The notes: generated by a model from the letters alone, not told the origin. Shown: positions 9,204-19,949, counted from the stretch's first letter. The stretch is DNA of 64,000 bases from an uncultured Candidatus Berkelbacteria bacterium (GCA_903877885.1 CAIRFN010000011.1:9281-73280), one strand, 5' to 3'. Numbers and translations: made by a program.

Positions 9204-9386
9204 ATGAACAACAAATTTTATTACAAATGGATGGCGATTGTGGCCGCCGGTCTGATGGTTGTCCACTATCTGATTTTTTGGATTACTAAAACCGACGAAT
9301 CATTCTTTTTCCTAATTGCCATTGCGATTCTGGCGTTGGCAGTGACGACTTGGATTTTCGATTTCTTTGAAAGGCGCAAAAAGTGA
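9204..9386 (+). CDS. Small two-TM membrane protein
   Basis: 60 aa with two hydrophobic helices; GTGA overlap with pyk. Confidence 0.6.
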   Translation: MNNKFYYKWMAIVAAGLMVVHYLIFWITKTDESFFFLIAIAILALAVTTWIFDFFERRKK

Positions 9387-10069
9387 AAACGAAAATTGTT
9401 GCTACAATCGGCCCGGCCAGTTTAAATTTTGAGGTACTTAAAAAAATGGTTGAAGCGGGGTTGGCGATTGGACGGATTAACACAAAATATGGTTCGCCAA
9501 AGCAATATAAAGAAATTACCGGAAATTTACGAAAATTGGATCGCCCGGTCATGTTTGATATTAAAGGGACGGACGAAATCGAGTGGCTAACAAATCAAAA
9601 TTTCGATTATTTGGCGGTCAGTTTTGCCGAAACCGCCGAACAAATTAATCAAATTCGACACAGATTTAAAGATCACGACATTAAAATTATTGCCAAAATC
9701 GAAGATCAAAAGGGGATTGATAAACTGGAAGAACTGGCTAGCGCGTCCGATGGGATTATGGTGGCGCGCGGCGATTTGGGCCGCAATATTAAATTGGAAG
9801 ATGTGCCGATTGCTCAAAAATTGATTATCAGAAAATGCAATGAAATGGAAAAAATGGTCATTACGGCCACCGAAATGTTACTGTCGATGACGCACTCCAA
9901 AACGCCCGAGCGGGCCGAAGTTTCCGATGTGGCCAATGCGGTTTTAGATGGCACTGATTATGTTATGCTTTCCGAAGAAACATCACTTGGCGAATTTCCG
10001 GTTGAAGCGGTGGCTGAAATGAATCGCATAATCTTCGAAACCGAAAAAAACGAAAAAAAACTGGACTAA
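9383..10069 (+). CDS. pyk: Pyruvate kinase, minimal (barrel domain only)
   Basis: KTKIVATIGPAS, IIAKIE, DGIMVARGDLG, ATEMLLSM..PERAEVSDVANAVLDGTDYVMLSEET. Confidence 0.9.
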   Translation: MKTKIVATIGPASLNFEVLKKMVEAGLAIGRINTKYGSPKQYKEITGNLRKLDRPVMFDIKGTDEIEWLTNQNFDYLAVSFAETAEQINQIRHRFKDHDIKIIAKIEDQKGIDKLEELASASDGIMVARGDLGRNIKLEDVPIAQKLIIRKCNEMEKMVITATEMLLSMTHSKTPERAEVSDVANAVLDGTDYVMLSEETSLGEFPVEAVAEMNRIIFETEKNEKKLD

Positions 10070-10129
10070 ATATATCATCTTAATTTTTAATTGGTTTGCT
10101 AAAACCTGCTTTTCTGTTATATTAAAAAC

Positions 10130-11866
10130 ATGTTACTGGATGAAGTTGAGCAAGTTAAACAAAGAATAGATATTGTCGAATTTATTTCGTCGTATTTAAC
10201 TGTGAAAAAGGCGGGCGCCAATTATCGAGCGCTTTGTCCTTTTCATCATGAAAAAACGCCGTCAATGATGATTTCGCCAGATAAACAAATTTTCAAATGC
10301 TTTGGCTGCGCGGCCTCTGGGGACGTAATTTCGTTTCTGATGAAAATGGAAAATTTAAATTTCCGCGAAGCCTTGGAGGTTTTGGCCGCTCGTGCTGGTG
10401 TAGAATTAGTCAAGAAAACGCCGGATCAAATTCAGGCTCATCAAGAAGAAGAAAACCTAAAAGCCAGACTTTATAATTTAAATATGTTGGTGGCCCGGTT
10501 TTGGCAGAAAATTTTACTCGATCATCCGGTTGGCCAAAATGCTTTGGAATATTTGAAATCTCGCGGTTTAACTATTGAAACAATTAAACTTTTTTTACTT
10601 GGTTATGCGCCGGGAAAAATTTCGCTTTTGAAATGGTTGTCGCTTAAAAATTTTACAGAAAATGAAATTCAAGAATCTGGTAGCCCAGATCGATTTTTCA
10701 AACGGATTGTTTTTCCAATTACCAATCCGTTGGGCCAAGTGATTGGTTTTACTGGACGAGCGACCGAATTTGGTCAGGAGCCAAAATATTATAATTCACC
10801 GGAAACCAGTATTTTTCACAAAAGCCGAACGCTTTACAATTTGGAACGAGCTAAAGTTAGTATTCGTCAAAATCAGGCGGTGGTGGTAGTTGAAGGTCAG
10901 ATGGATGTGATTAGTTCTTATCAAGCCGGCGTTGAAAATGTGGTGGCAACTTCGGGCACGGCTTTAACCGTTGATCATTTGCAGATTTTGGGCCGATTTG
11001 TTCAGACAATTATTTTTGCTTTTGATACTGATAATGCTGGACTGACAACTCAAAAAAAAGCTTACGAAATGGCGATTGCTCAAGGCTTGAATGTCAAAAT
11101 GGTGATCATTCCGCCACCTTACAAAGACCCTGGCGAGTTTTCGATTGCTTCGCCTGAATCTTGGCAAAAAGCGGTTCAAAATGCGATTCCGGTGGTCGAT
11201 TGGTATTTTAATTTGGTTTTTGGTCCGAATATCAAAAATACCGATCAGTTAACATCGATCCAGAAAAAAGAAATTGCCAAAGAACTTTTACCGATTATTA
11301 AAAAGATACCAGACAAAATCGAACAAGCTCATTATGTTGGCGTTTTGGCGCGCAAATTAAAAATCGCTGAAGAGGTCATATTTAACAGTTTAAATAATGT
11401 TATCGATAAGAAACCGGACAAAAATAACAAAGAACAGACCGAAAATCAAAAAGCCAAGCTGACTGATGAAGCGATTTTGGTCGGACTTTTGACCTTGGCG
11501 CCAAAAAATATTGAAAAAGCCTCATTAGTAGTTAAGACTGAAGATTTGCCAGAGGATTTGAAACTGCTTTACAGCAAGCTATTAACCTGGTACAATGATA
11601 AAAGAACAGATAAACTGGGTGAGTTTTTGAAATCAAAACTAAAAGATAGCGATTTTCAAAAATTGGAGGGCTTACAAATTGAGCTGGAAAATGACTATCC
11701 GAATATTAACCAAGTCATTGATGATTTGCTGGCCAATTTCCAGGCTCACAAACAAGAAAAAATGAAACAATTCTACGCCGAGGCTATTGCCAAAGCTGAA
11801 GAAGACGGTGACCGGGAAAAATTAAAACAACTGGTTAAGGAGTTTCAAAATGCCATCAGTCAATAA
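10130..11866 (+). CDS. dnaG: DNA primase
   Basis: CHC2 zinc finger [16 protein letters not shown]; PKYYNSPET; TOPRIM VEGQMDV..FDTDNAG. Confidence 0.97.
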   Translation: MLLDEVEQVKQRIDIVEFISSYLTVKKAGANYRALCPFHHEKTPSMMISPDKQIFKCFGCAASGDVISFLMKMENLNFREALEVLAARAGVELVKKTPDQIQAHQEEENLKARLYNLNMLVARFWQKILLDHPVGQNALEYLKSRGLTIETIKLFLLGYAPGKISLLKWLSLKNFTENEIQESGSPDRFFKRIVFPITNPLGQVIGFTGRATEFGQEPKYYNSPETSIFHKSRTLYNLERAKVSIRQNQAVVVVEGQMDVISSYQAGVENVVATSGTALTVDHLQILGRFVQTIIFAFDTDNAGLTTQKKAYEMAIAQGLNVKMVIIPPPYKDPGEFSIASPESWQKAVQNAIPVVDWYFNLVFGPNIKNTDQLTSIQKKEIAKELLPIIKKIPDKIEQAHYVGVLARKLKIAEEVIFNSLNNVIDKKPDKNNKEQTENQKAKLTDEAILVGLLTLAPKNIEKASLVVKTEDLPEDLKLLYSKLLTWYNDKRTDKLGEFLKSKLKDSDFQKLEGLQIELENDYPNINQVIDDLLANFQAHKQEKMKQFYAEAIAKAEEDGDREKLKQLVKEFQNAISQ

Positions 11867-13037
11867 AGAAGCCAAACAATCTCGCGAACGCCAAGCCGTG
11901 GATAGCGCCAAACGCGCTGTTGAAAAAGCGGCTAAAAGCAAAAAACCAAAAAAGAAAATCCGAGAAAACGAAGTTAAATTTCCTGAACCGATTAAATTGC
12001 TTTTAGAAAAAGGCCATTCTCAAGGTTTTGTCACTTATCAAGAAATTACTCAAGCTATGCCTGAACCGGAACGAAATCTCGGTTTAGCCGATGCTTTATT
12101 TGATGAATTTTTAAATTTAGGAATTGATGTGCGCCAAGGTCGCAAACTTTTGGAAATTCCGGGCGAAGAAGAAGTCGAAAAATCCAAAGCCGGTGAGCTC
12201 AAAGATATTTCCGATGATTCGGTTCGAATGTATTTGCGTGAAATTGGTCAAATTCCTTTACTTAGCACTGAAGAGGAAATTCGCTTAGCTAAAAGAATTG
12301 AAGCCGGGGATGAAAATGCCAAACGAAAATTAGCTGAAGCAAACTTACGACTAGTCGTTTCCATTGCCAAAAAATATATCGGTCGGGGATTATCTTTACT
12401 AGATTTGATTCAAGAAGGTAACACCGGACTTTTGCGTGCTGTCGAAAAATTCGATTTCCACAAAGGTTTTAAATTTTCGACTTATGCTACTTGGTGGATT
12501 CGCCAGGCGATTACCCGGGCGATTGCCGATCAGGCTCGCACCATTCGTATTCCGGTTCATATGGTAGAAACGATTAATAAATTAATTCGGGTGCAACGTC
12601 AATTAGTTCAAGATTTGGGCCGCGAACCGCTTCCTGAAGAAATTGCCGCTGAAATGCAAATGCCAGTCGATAAGGTTGAACATATTATTAAAATTTCTCA
12701 AGAAACAGTTTCTTTGGAAGCGCCGGTTGGTGAAGAAGAAGATTCGAAATTGGGCGATTTCATTGAAGACAAAGTTTCGCTTTCGCCGGAAGAAAATGCC
12801 ATTTATCAATTAATGAAAGGTCATGTTGGTGAATCGTTGATTAATTTGGCGCCACGCGAACAGAAAATCTTGAAAATGCGTTTTGGTTTGGAAGAAGGCG
12901 GCCGGACTCACACTTTGGAAGAAGTCGGTAAAGAGTTTGGTGTCACTCGCGAACGTATTCGTCAGATCGAGGCCAAAGCTCTTCAGAAAATGAAGAAAAA
13001 CGAATCCAGCCAAAAATTAAAAGATTATTTAAAGTAA
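11850..13037 (+). CDS. rpoD: Primary sigma-70 factor
   Basis: [84 protein letters not shown]. Confidence 0.98.
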   Translation: MPSVNKEAKQSRERQAVDSAKRAVEKAAKSKKPKKKIRENEVKFPEPIKLLLEKGHSQGFVTYQEITQAMPEPERNLGLADALFDEFLNLGIDVRQGRKLLEIPGEEEVEKSKAGELKDISDDSVRMYLREIGQIPLLSTEEEIRLAKRIEAGDENAKRKLAEANLRLVVSIAKKYIGRGLSLLDLIQEGNTGLLRAVEKFDFHKGFKFSTYATWWIRQAITRAIADQARTIRIPVHMVETINKLIRVQRQLVQDLGREPLPEEIAAEMQMPVDKVEHIIKISQETVSLEAPVGEEEDSKLGDFIEDKVSLSPEENAIYQLMKGHVGESLINLAPREQKILKMRFGLEEGGRTHTLEEVGKEFGVTRERIRQIEAKALQKMKKNESSQKLKDYLK

Positions 13038-13045
13038 ATCTCAAA

Positions 13046-13143
13046 TTGTCATTCCAGATCGGACGGATTCCGGATCTGGAATCCAGGATATAATTTAAAC
13101 TGGATTCCCGATGTCGGATTACCATCCGACTCGAGAATGACAA
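13046..13143. repeat. REP-like composite palindrome (GTCATTC...GAATCCAG...CTGGATTCCCG...GAATGAC)
   Basis: Nested inverted repeats; related copies at 58355-58397 and 63113-63241. Confidence 0.8.
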
Positions 13144-13169
13144 ATTAGATGCGATGCTTTAAAACGCAC

Positions 13170-13228
13170 ACACCGGCTAAAGCCGGTGGTATTTTATTTT
13201 AATAAAAAACCGATGCGAGGCATCGGAA
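13170..13228. terminator. Convergent terminator-like hairpins
   Basis: CACCGGC-taaa-GCCGGTG, and AAAAAA-CCGATGC-gag-GCATCGG for the minus strand. Confidence 0.55.
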
Positions 13229-13852
13229 TTAAACGAGGATAGGTAAGATTTGTAAAATATTTTTCAGAGAATTTTCTTGTGTTTGATTGATGGTAATAAC
13301 TTGATCGAAGTGGAATTTATATTTATCCCAACGCGGATGAAGGTCTGAATTTGGAACAATTTCCGCTGGATCGATTTTGTTGAAATCCAGAATATCATCG
13401 ATATTTTTCCGAAATAAATTGTAGTCTGATTCACATCGATCAGCTAAATTTTCCTTGCTTTCCCATTTCTTATTGGGGTCAAACTCGCGTTCAATAAACC
13501 ACTCAATATTTTTCTTTAGCGGAGTGTTAAAAAACCAGGCGATGACTTTTTCTGCCCCAGCGATATAGAGTCTATTAATCAGATCGACCCGCGTTTCGAC
13601 ATAGCCGGTCCAGTAATCGATTAGGAAAATGCCCTCATTTTGATTAATCGATTCGATTAAAAATTGCCAAAAACATTGCGCTGCATATGGGCCTTCGCCG
13701 CTATATGGATCAAAAGTAAAGTGACCAAAATGTTCATTGAAATAGTCATCGCGGCAGAAGAAGTGAATATCGGGGCGCACTTTGTGAACCGCTTTGCAAA
13801 AATGGGTTTTGCCCGCTCCACGCATGCCGACAGTCAAAATGGCAGTTTTCAT
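13229..13852 (-). CDS. Predicted P-loop kinase (AAA_33-like)
   Basis: ILTVGMRGAGKTHF Walker A followed by CRDD; likely start at 13852 after GAGGAG. Confidence 0.7.
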   Translation of the reverse strand: MKTAILTVGMRGAGKTHFCKAVHKVRPDIHFFCRDDYFNEHFGHFTFDPYSGEGPYAAQCFWQFLIESINQNEGIFLIDYWTGYVETRVDLINRLYIAGAEKVIAWFFNTPLKKNIEWFIEREFDPNKKWESKENLADRCESDYNLFRKNIDDILDFNKIDPAEIVPNSDLHPRWDKYKFHFDQVITINQTQENSLKNILQILPILV

Positions 13853-14291
13853 TTCGCCCTCCTCAAGTGAAACATCGTTCTCTGAAAAAATTTTCAAGGT
13901 AAAATCATTATAGCTTGTTTTAGGGATTAAGTAAAGATTTTGAGTACAAATTTATCGCCAAAAATATGGTTCAAAAAATGAGCTAAATATCGCGCCTTTA
14001 GGTAAAGTTCGCGAAAAAACACTCATTATTTTAACCTGTTATTTGGACGAAAATAAATATCGAGATACAAAAAAGACCACTGTTTGGTCAATTTTTTCTG
14101 GTTTGTCGATAAGTCGAAATTTAAGGCCGCTACTAGGCATCAAGTCTCGCGACAGACTACTATTGACTATTTTTTTACAATATGATATTTTCTAGTTGAG
14201 TTTATTTATACCTTAACAAATATTTCTGACAGCAAAGACGGTTTCGATTAAATTAAATCGAAGACGTTAAGCCGTCAGAAGGAGCAATCTT

Positions 14292-15350
14292 ATGAATAGC
14301 AAAAACGGTATGTCTATTGGCATCGATCTTGACCAAGCATGGCTTGAATATGCCGAGCAAGGTAAGATCATTAATCAGTTTGTGGCTTATTTCGATGACC
14401 CCGCCGGTTGGTGGAAAACTAATGATATTTTGGAAACCGGAGTAGTTATTAAAGAAGGTAAACCGGTATATTATGCTAAAAATATTACTCAAGAAATAAT
14501 TTTCGAAACCAATAAGCCGATAAAAAGTTTGAATCAAAATCTGGAGGCGGTTTTTATGCCTCACCGCCGGCTTCGCGCCACTGCCGCCAATCCAAAGAGT
14601 CCTGGCCCGCAGGCAGCACCGTCGGATGATCCGCTAAAGTGCGGCTTTTATTGCCAAGATCCTGGTCATCAACATAGTCTATTACCAAGAACGCCGTTAG
14701 CCCTTTTGCCGGTTCTTAACCGCCGTTATTGGGCGATTTTCTATAATTTCTCACCTTTTGAAAAAAATGGTCATTTTATGCTCTTGCCGGTCAGGCTCCA
14801 AGGTGTACATATTGTTTTGACTCACTATCTTCAACATATGGAACTTGGTTTTCTTCAAGATGCGATCAGTTTAATTAGAAAATGCCAAAACTTGCTCATT
14901 TTCTTTAATGCTATTGGTGCTGGCGCCAGTCAAAATCATTTTCATTATCAAGCAATTGCTCATCAATTAGGTAGTTTAGCAATTGAACATAGTGACTCTG
15001 ATCATCCGATTCGGTTCATTGATTTTGATATCAACACTCCTGGTCTGGCTGAAATTGTTTTTAAACATATTCAATTCATCAATCAAACTTTTAGCGGTAA
15101 AACCAGTTATAATTTGATTTTTACCAGTCAAAAACTCTATCTTATACCGCGGGAAAAAGATCATGAAGTTTTAAGAGTTAACAATGATTTTATTACCTGT
15201 TTTGGTGCGGTCGAAGTTGCCGGTCGGCTGATTTGCACCGAAGAAAACCAATTTAACAATGTAACCTCCGAACAATACATTGCCGCTCTTAAGACCTTGT
15301 CTATAAGTAAAGAAAAAATCGACTTTATTAAAGCCGAAAGCATTAAATAA
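14292..15350 (+). CDS. HIT-related nucleotide phosphorylase (GDP-hexose phosphorylase/Ap4A phosphorylase-like)
   Basis: YNFSPFEKNGHF, FFNAIGAGASQNHFHYQ, FGAVEVAG. Confidence 0.7.
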   Translation: MNSKNGMSIGIDLDQAWLEYAEQGKIINQFVAYFDDPAGWWKTNDILETGVVIKEGKPVYYAKNITQEIIFETNKPIKSLNQNLEAVFMPHRRLRATAANPKSPGPQAAPSDDPLKCGFYCQDPGHQHSLLPRTPLALLPVLNRRYWAIFYNFSPFEKNGHFMLLPVRLQGVHIVLTHYLQHMELGFLQDAISLIRKCQNLLIFFNAIGAGASQNHFHYQAIAHQLGSLAIEHSDSDHPIRFIDFDINTPGLAEIVFKHIQFINQTFSGKTSYNLIFTSQKLYLIPREKDHEVLRVNNDFITCFGAVEVAGRLICTEENQFNNVTSEQYIAALKTLSISKEKIDFIKAESIK

Positions 15351-15525
15351 ATTATTAATATTACCCGTTAGATTTGATCTACGGGTTTTTTATTACAAAA
15401 AAAGACGGCGATAAACCGTATTTTTACAGGTAGCGTAAAATAATTTCAAATCCCAAACATCAGGTCAAAAGAGAATCGTTCTCTGTCTTTTTTAAAATAA
15501 AAATCACCCCGGTTGGGGTGAGTAA

Positions 15526-15780
15526 TTAGCGTTTTTTACCAGACTCAAGACGGTGACGAAGTTCATTTTCAATAGTAGAAATATTTTTACGATTTATTCC
15601 CGTAGAATCAATAGGTGGAATACATAAGTAGTCACATTGAACATACGATTTAAATTCAGTGATCAATTTATCGTCTGACCATCCTTGTACTTCATCGATT
15701 GTCAAAAGCATAGCATTTCTCCTTGCGATAAGATTCATCGGTGATTTACCGAATAAGACAATTATACACTTTGCCATCAA
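15526..15780 (-). CDS. Small hypothetical protein
   Basis: ORF followed by a terminator hairpin (TCACCCC-ggtt-GGGGTGA); the true start may be the downstream ATG (MLLTIDEV). Confidence 0.4.
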   Translation of the reverse strand: MMAKCIIVLFGKSPMNLIARRNAMLLTIDEVQGWSDDKLITEFKSYVQCDYLCIPPIDSTGINRKNISTIENELRHRLESGKKR

Positions 15781-15958
15781 ATTGCCAATGGGTTCTCTTT
15801 TGATATTACAAAAAAAGACGGCGATTAACCGTATTTTTTGACAATTAGTTGCAAAGCTCCCTCTAGCCGATATATTCAGAACGAAATACTATGATATTAT
15901 TGTTAATTTAGGCAAAGAAATTGAACTATTAAAATTAGATCCTTGCTTCGACTTTTAG

Positions 15959-16144
15959 CTAATTAGTCTCCTGACGTCGCTTTTGGACCATTTCATAATC
16001 TTCTTTGGTCATTGGTTTGTAGATTAGTTCTACAAGCCGAAGCAGTTTTGTGGCCAACTCTAAAGCGTCTTGATCGTTTAGATCTTTTCCGAACTCTTTT
16101 TTGTAAATCGCCTTAAATTTGTCTAGCGATTCTTTTGAAATCAT
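15959..16144 (-). CDS. Small helical protein of the mobile element
   Basis: 61 aa, RBS AAGGA; divergent from the 16202 gene. Confidence 0.7.
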   Translation of the reverse strand: MISKESLDKFKAIYKKEFGKDLNDQDALELATKLLRLVELIYKPMTKEDYEMVQKRRQETN

Positions 16145-16201
16145 AAAAATCCTTGTGTAATTACTATTTTACTGATTATATTATAAGAAAGAGTAAATAA
16201 A

Positions 16202-17479
16202 TTGAAAGATGTAATGAATAAACCTCGGAAAATAACAGATGATGAAATTCAATTTCGCAAAAATGATCTTGAACGGAAGTTTAATTATGCTTATAAACAA
16301 ATGGACGAAAAAAGCTTTTTTATTGGTGTTTCTGATTATACGAATGCAATAGAAAAATCAGGCCTATTAAGATATTTAGTCCACATATCCTTGATTGATA
16401 ATCAATTTAAGATAACGAAGCCAATAGATGATTTATCAATTAAGACGGTCGAAGAAACTATGGACACGTTCAACCAACTTATAAAGATTATGAAGGACAA
16501 CAGGATCGATGAAGCGGATTTTCAATATGAAATCGATCAATACCGCGGATATTCAGAAAATAAAATACAAATGTTAAGTGGATTTGGTAATCAAGCAACT
16601 TCTACAGCCGAAACCGTAGCCAGCCTTTGCTGGTCATTACATCAAAAGGGCTATACTGATCTAGTCAAAAAATTTGCGGAATATAGCCGTGACAAGACAA
16701 TGATTGTTGATTTTTCAGTATCTGAATCTAACAAAACTTTGAGTAAAATGATTAAAAGATTAGAGGAATACCAAATATTCGCCTTATGGAGCGATTGGAA
16801 TAAGTTGACGCTAGTTTATGTTTCAATTTACCTAAGCGATGACTTCTCGGTTTCATATAGAGAAAAAAATGAACAAGCTAATCTGCATAACTTTATAGGA
16901 CTTGTCCAGGAAATGAAAGAAATATTAGGAATCAAAAAGCTAGCGCCCTGGTTATCCCAGTATAGATTTTTTAAAATGGAAGAATTTAAACGGTATTTGG
17001 ACCGAATCCATAATCATATCTTATCTGAAATAGATCGTTTTAGTTTGACCAAAAGAATAGAAAAAAAATCAGATAGCTTGATAAAAACCATTGTTATACC
17101 GAAAGAGAACCCTGACTTTTGTTATTTTGATGGCAGAACCTTCAAGCTACAAACATCTGATGGCGGTATAAAAGCAATAAATTTTTCGCCAACTAAAACA
17201 AAGGGTTCTGATACATATTATCTATTCTCGGCGCTGGTCAATATATTAAAGCAAAAAGGTGAAAGAAAAGATAATATTTGGTTTTTTGCAGATATAACAA
17301 TGGAAGAAATAACAAAACGGGTTGCCGAAGAATTTAATGAGAATAAAGACAGAGATTGGGTCAAAAATACCAAATCTAATCTCAAAAAAGTTATTCCTGA
17401 TGATTTGTTGTCTAATTATATTCAAATTTCTAACTACCAATCGAAAGGTTATAGTTTTGGACTAAAGTTGCCAAAATAG
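16202..17479 (+). CDS. Hypothetical protein, possible C-terminal winged helix
   Basis: 425-aa AT-rich ORF; C-terminal ITMEEITKRV..DWVKNTKSNLKKVI..GYSF pattern. Confidence 0.5.
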   Translation: MKDVMNKPRKITDDEIQFRKNDLERKFNYAYKQMDEKSFFIGVSDYTNAIEKSGLLRYLVHISLIDNQFKITKPIDDLSIKTVEETMDTFNQLIKIMKDNRIDEADFQYEIDQYRGYSENKIQMLSGFGNQATSTAETVASLCWSLHQKGYTDLVKKFAEYSRDKTMIVDFSVSESNKTLSKMIKRLEEYQIFALWSDWNKLTLVYVSIYLSDDFSVSYREKNEQANLHNFIGLVQEMKEILGIKKLAPWLSQYRFFKMEEFKRYLDRIHNHILSEIDRFSLTKRIEKKSDSLIKTIVIPKENPDFCYFDGRTFKLQTSDGGIKAINFSPTKTKGSDTYYLFSALVNILKQKGERKDNIWFFADITMEEITKRVAEEFNENKDRDWVKNTKSNLKKVIPDDLLSNYIQISNYQSKGYSFGLKLPK

Positions 17480-17485
17480 TTTAAT

Positions 17486-17550
17486 TACACCAAAAATACA
17501 CCAGGCGTAGCTTAGGCGTAAAAGAAACTTGTATTTTACAGGTTTCTTTT
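17486..17550 (+). promoter_or_regulatory. Phased 7-bp direct repeats plus a hairpin
   Basis: TACACCA at 17486 and 17497, AGGCGTA at 17503 and 17514 (both 11-bp period), then AAAAGAAACtTGTA-ttt-TACAgGTTTCTTTT. Confidence 0.55.
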
Positions 17551-17632
17551 TTTGTTGCAGGACTATTGACATTGTTTCGGTGTAAAGCCCTGATTTAACT
17601 TGATTTATGCGTAATGCCTAATTAGGTAACAA

Positions 17633-17854
17633 ATGAATAAAGTAAAAGAACCACAACTAAACCCTTACGAAAGGCTTTATGGTAGAAAGCTTTCCGAAGA
17701 TAAGGTGGCCGAGATGAAAACTAATCTCATCGGATTTTTTAGTTTGCTAATCGAAATAGATAGAGAAAATCACATTGTTAACCAAGAAGAAAATAATTTA
17801 ACAAAAGGAGTAAACAATGACCCACAAAAAGAAACTGGACCAGTCCAGTACTAA
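17633..17854 (+). CDS. Small helical protein
   Basis: 73 aa: YERLYGRKLSEDKVAEMKTNLIGFFSLLIEID. Confidence 0.6.
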   Translation: MNKVKEPQLNPYERLYGRKLSEDKVAEMKTNLIGFFSLLIEIDRENHIVNQEENNLTKGVNNDPQKETGPVQY

Positions 17855-18578
17855 ACCACCTATTACGCCAGAAAACGCACAATTAGCCATACAAACACCT
17901 GTCAATCCAGCCACTCCCCCTCTTAGTAATGAAGCAAATAAACTTAGCCCACAGGATTTAAAAATCATAAATGATGTTAAAACTACGGGCGAACATCAAA
18001 TACCGAGAATAAATAATAATGATATTCAACAAATAAATGATATGGGGGTTCATCAGGTTAAAGATAACAGTCCTATTGTATATGATAAAGGTTCTTTGAC
18101 CCATTTTGCCGAAACTGTTGGTAGCCCAGAAAAATCAGTGCATTTAAGTCCGGCTGAAACTGAACTTGTAGTCAGTAATCCAGATGATGTTTTGCCTAAT
18201 TTTTTTAAAGGTGGATCGAACTCATATTTATATGTTAAAAAAACTCCACAAAACACATTGTCAATCGTGGAGGTTTTAGATGATGGGAGTAAATTGCGTG
18301 TCAGTCACGGCGGTTTTAAAACAACTGAGAACTATTTGAAACCGATGGAAGAATTAAAAAAATCTATCTTGGAGGACGGCGGATCCCTCATTGGTCAGCC
18401 TGGACAAAGTCCAGTGATTAACCCTCAAAAGGGTACTGCCGTGGTGAGCCTTGCCACTAGTCAAGATAGATTATCTAATCCAAGTATCCCACAAAAAGAA
18501 GGTCTTGTCAATCCTCCCCCTCTTAGTAATGAAGCAGGGGGGATAAGGCCAGGAGAGGTGGGAGGAGTTAAAAAATGA
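17817..18578 (+). CDS. Protein with a BECR (barnase/EndoU/colicin/RelE)-like nuclease domain between low-complexity linkers
   Basis: RBS AAGGAG; VVSNPDDV...SYLYVKK...SIVEVLD...VSHGGFKTTENYL resembles the PBECR domains of phage polyvalent proteins. Confidence 0.5.
   Translation: MTHKKKLDQSSTKPPITPENAQLAIQTPVNPATPPLSNEANKLSPQDLKIINDVKTTGEHQIPRINNNDIQQINDMGVHQVKDNSPIVYDKGSLTHFAETVGSPEKSVHLSPAETELVVSNPDDVLPNFFKGGSNSYLYVKKTPQNTLSIVEVLDDGSKLRVSHGGFKTTENYLKPMEELKKSILEDGGSLIGQPGQSPVINPQKGTAVVSLATSQDRLSNPSIPQKEGLVNPPPLSNEAGGIRPGEVGGVKK
17914..18536 (+). repeat. Perfect 23-bp direct repeat, copies 600 bp apart
   Basis: CTCCCCCTCTTAGTAATGAAGCA at 17914-17936 and 18514-18536, in frame (PPLSNEA). Confidence 0.9.
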
Positions 18579-18892
18579 ACATAACCGAAGTTCAAATTAT
18601 ACCAATTAAACCGAGTGATGGTTTGGTCGGGTTCGCCAGTTTGGTTTTAGATGGCAAAATCTTTCTTGGCTCGATCGGGGTCCATTCAAGACTGGACGGC
18701 AACGGCTACAGAATCACCTACCCCACCAAAAAGGTCGGCGACAGGAACTTGAATATATACCATCCCATCGATCGGGATTTATCTTCAGCCATCGAAACGG
18801 CAATTTGTAACAAATTTAAAGAAGTAATGGAAAAAAGTAATGATCGACACAATAGCTTTAACCCTGAATCAGGACCAGTACAAGATTTTTGA
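18575..18892 (+). CDS. SpoVG-family nucleic-acid-binding protein
   Basis: MNITEVQIIPIK..GLVGFASLVLDGKIFLGSIGVH...ITYPTKK...IYHPI. Confidence 0.85.
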   Translation: MNITEVQIIPIKPSDGLVGFASLVLDGKIFLGSIGVHSRLDGNGYRITYPTKKVGDRNLNIYHPIDRDLSSAIETAICNKFKEVMEKSNDRHNSFNPESGPVQDF

Positions 18893-19949
18893 CCACAGTA
18901 GATTTAGATCAACTGATTATATAGGGAAAAATAGCTTTACTAAAAAAGTTTATAACCCTGATTTTAACAAAGAAGGATATAAGCCAAGAATCACTCTTTA
19001 TAATAGATTCGGGACCGAACAGATTCGAATTGAATTTTCGGCTCCTAAAATCCTCTTTGGCAATAATTTTGACGAACTGGATGAAAGCGATTTTGATAAT
19101 CTAGTGGCTAAACTCTATAACAATTTATGGGAAATGAAGATCAGAGCATATCCCGATGATTTAAAAAAAGCCAATGTTTCCAAAATAGATTATTCGAAAA
19201 ACTTTGTTTTGGGAAACGGCGTTAAAACTTGGCAAATTCTCAATGAACTCAGTAAAGTTGACCTTACCAGATCAAGTGATATTGAAGAGGTAAAATATCG
19301 TAATAAGGGGCATTGCTTGCATTTGAAGCATACCAACTCACTCGATTTTGCCGTTTACGACAAATGGGCCGATTTGGTTAAGGCTAAAATAAGCGACAAA
19401 CGATCAATTGAAAAAGATAATAAATTACAGCTTAATTTACTGGATTTAATTGAAGACACGAATAAATTGGAGATTATCAGAATTGAAGCAAGGCTCGTTG
19501 ACAGGCAGAAAATCAAAGACATTTTGAAATTATTCTCTTTTAATGATGATCTTACTTTTCAAGGATTATTCAAAAAACATATTGCCAGGGCGGTCCTCGG
19601 CAAGTACTGGCACGAAATAGCCGATGGCTTGGATATTGCAAACATAAGAGACTATGAAGAAATCGATTTGATAAGTTTAATATTGGAATCTGATAAGATG
19701 ACGGCGAACCAAGCCCTCAGGATAGCCTCTGTGATAAATATTTACCAAAAGGGTCAAGTTCTACAGTTAAAAAATCTATTGAGTTCTCACGGCTATGACA
19801 GGTCATTTAGCGAACTTGCAAAGCTTATTCGAACCTTAGATTTGCCAAAAAATTGTAAATATAAAGCCATATTGGGTATTGGCCAGTCTATCGAAGAGAT
19901 GAACAAAACAAGCCTAAAGAATCATCCAAAATTAAAATTTGCAATGTAA
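18840..19949 (+). CDS. Replication initiator-like protein (phage/plasmid gene II/X, Rep_trans-like)
   Basis: MIDTIAL, IEFSAPKILFGNNF, VSKIDYSKNF, FAVYDK and IIRIEARL match the family pattern. Confidence 0.7.
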   Translation: MIDTIALTLNQDQYKIFDHSRFRSTDYIGKNSFTKKVYNPDFNKEGYKPRITLYNRFGTEQIRIEFSAPKILFGNNFDELDESDFDNLVAKLYNNLWEMKIRAYPDDLKKANVSKIDYSKNFVLGNGVKTWQILNELSKVDLTRSSDIEEVKYRNKGHCLHLKHTNSLDFAVYDKWADLVKAKISDKRSIEKDNKLQLNLLDLIEDTNKLEIIRIEARLVDRQKIKDILKLFSFNDDLTFQGLFKKHIARAVLGKYWHEIADGLDIANIRDYEEIDLISLILESDKMTANQALRIASVINIYQKGQVLQLKNLLSSHGYDRSFSELAKLIRTLDLPKNCKYKAILGIGQSIEEMNKTSLKNHPKLKFAM

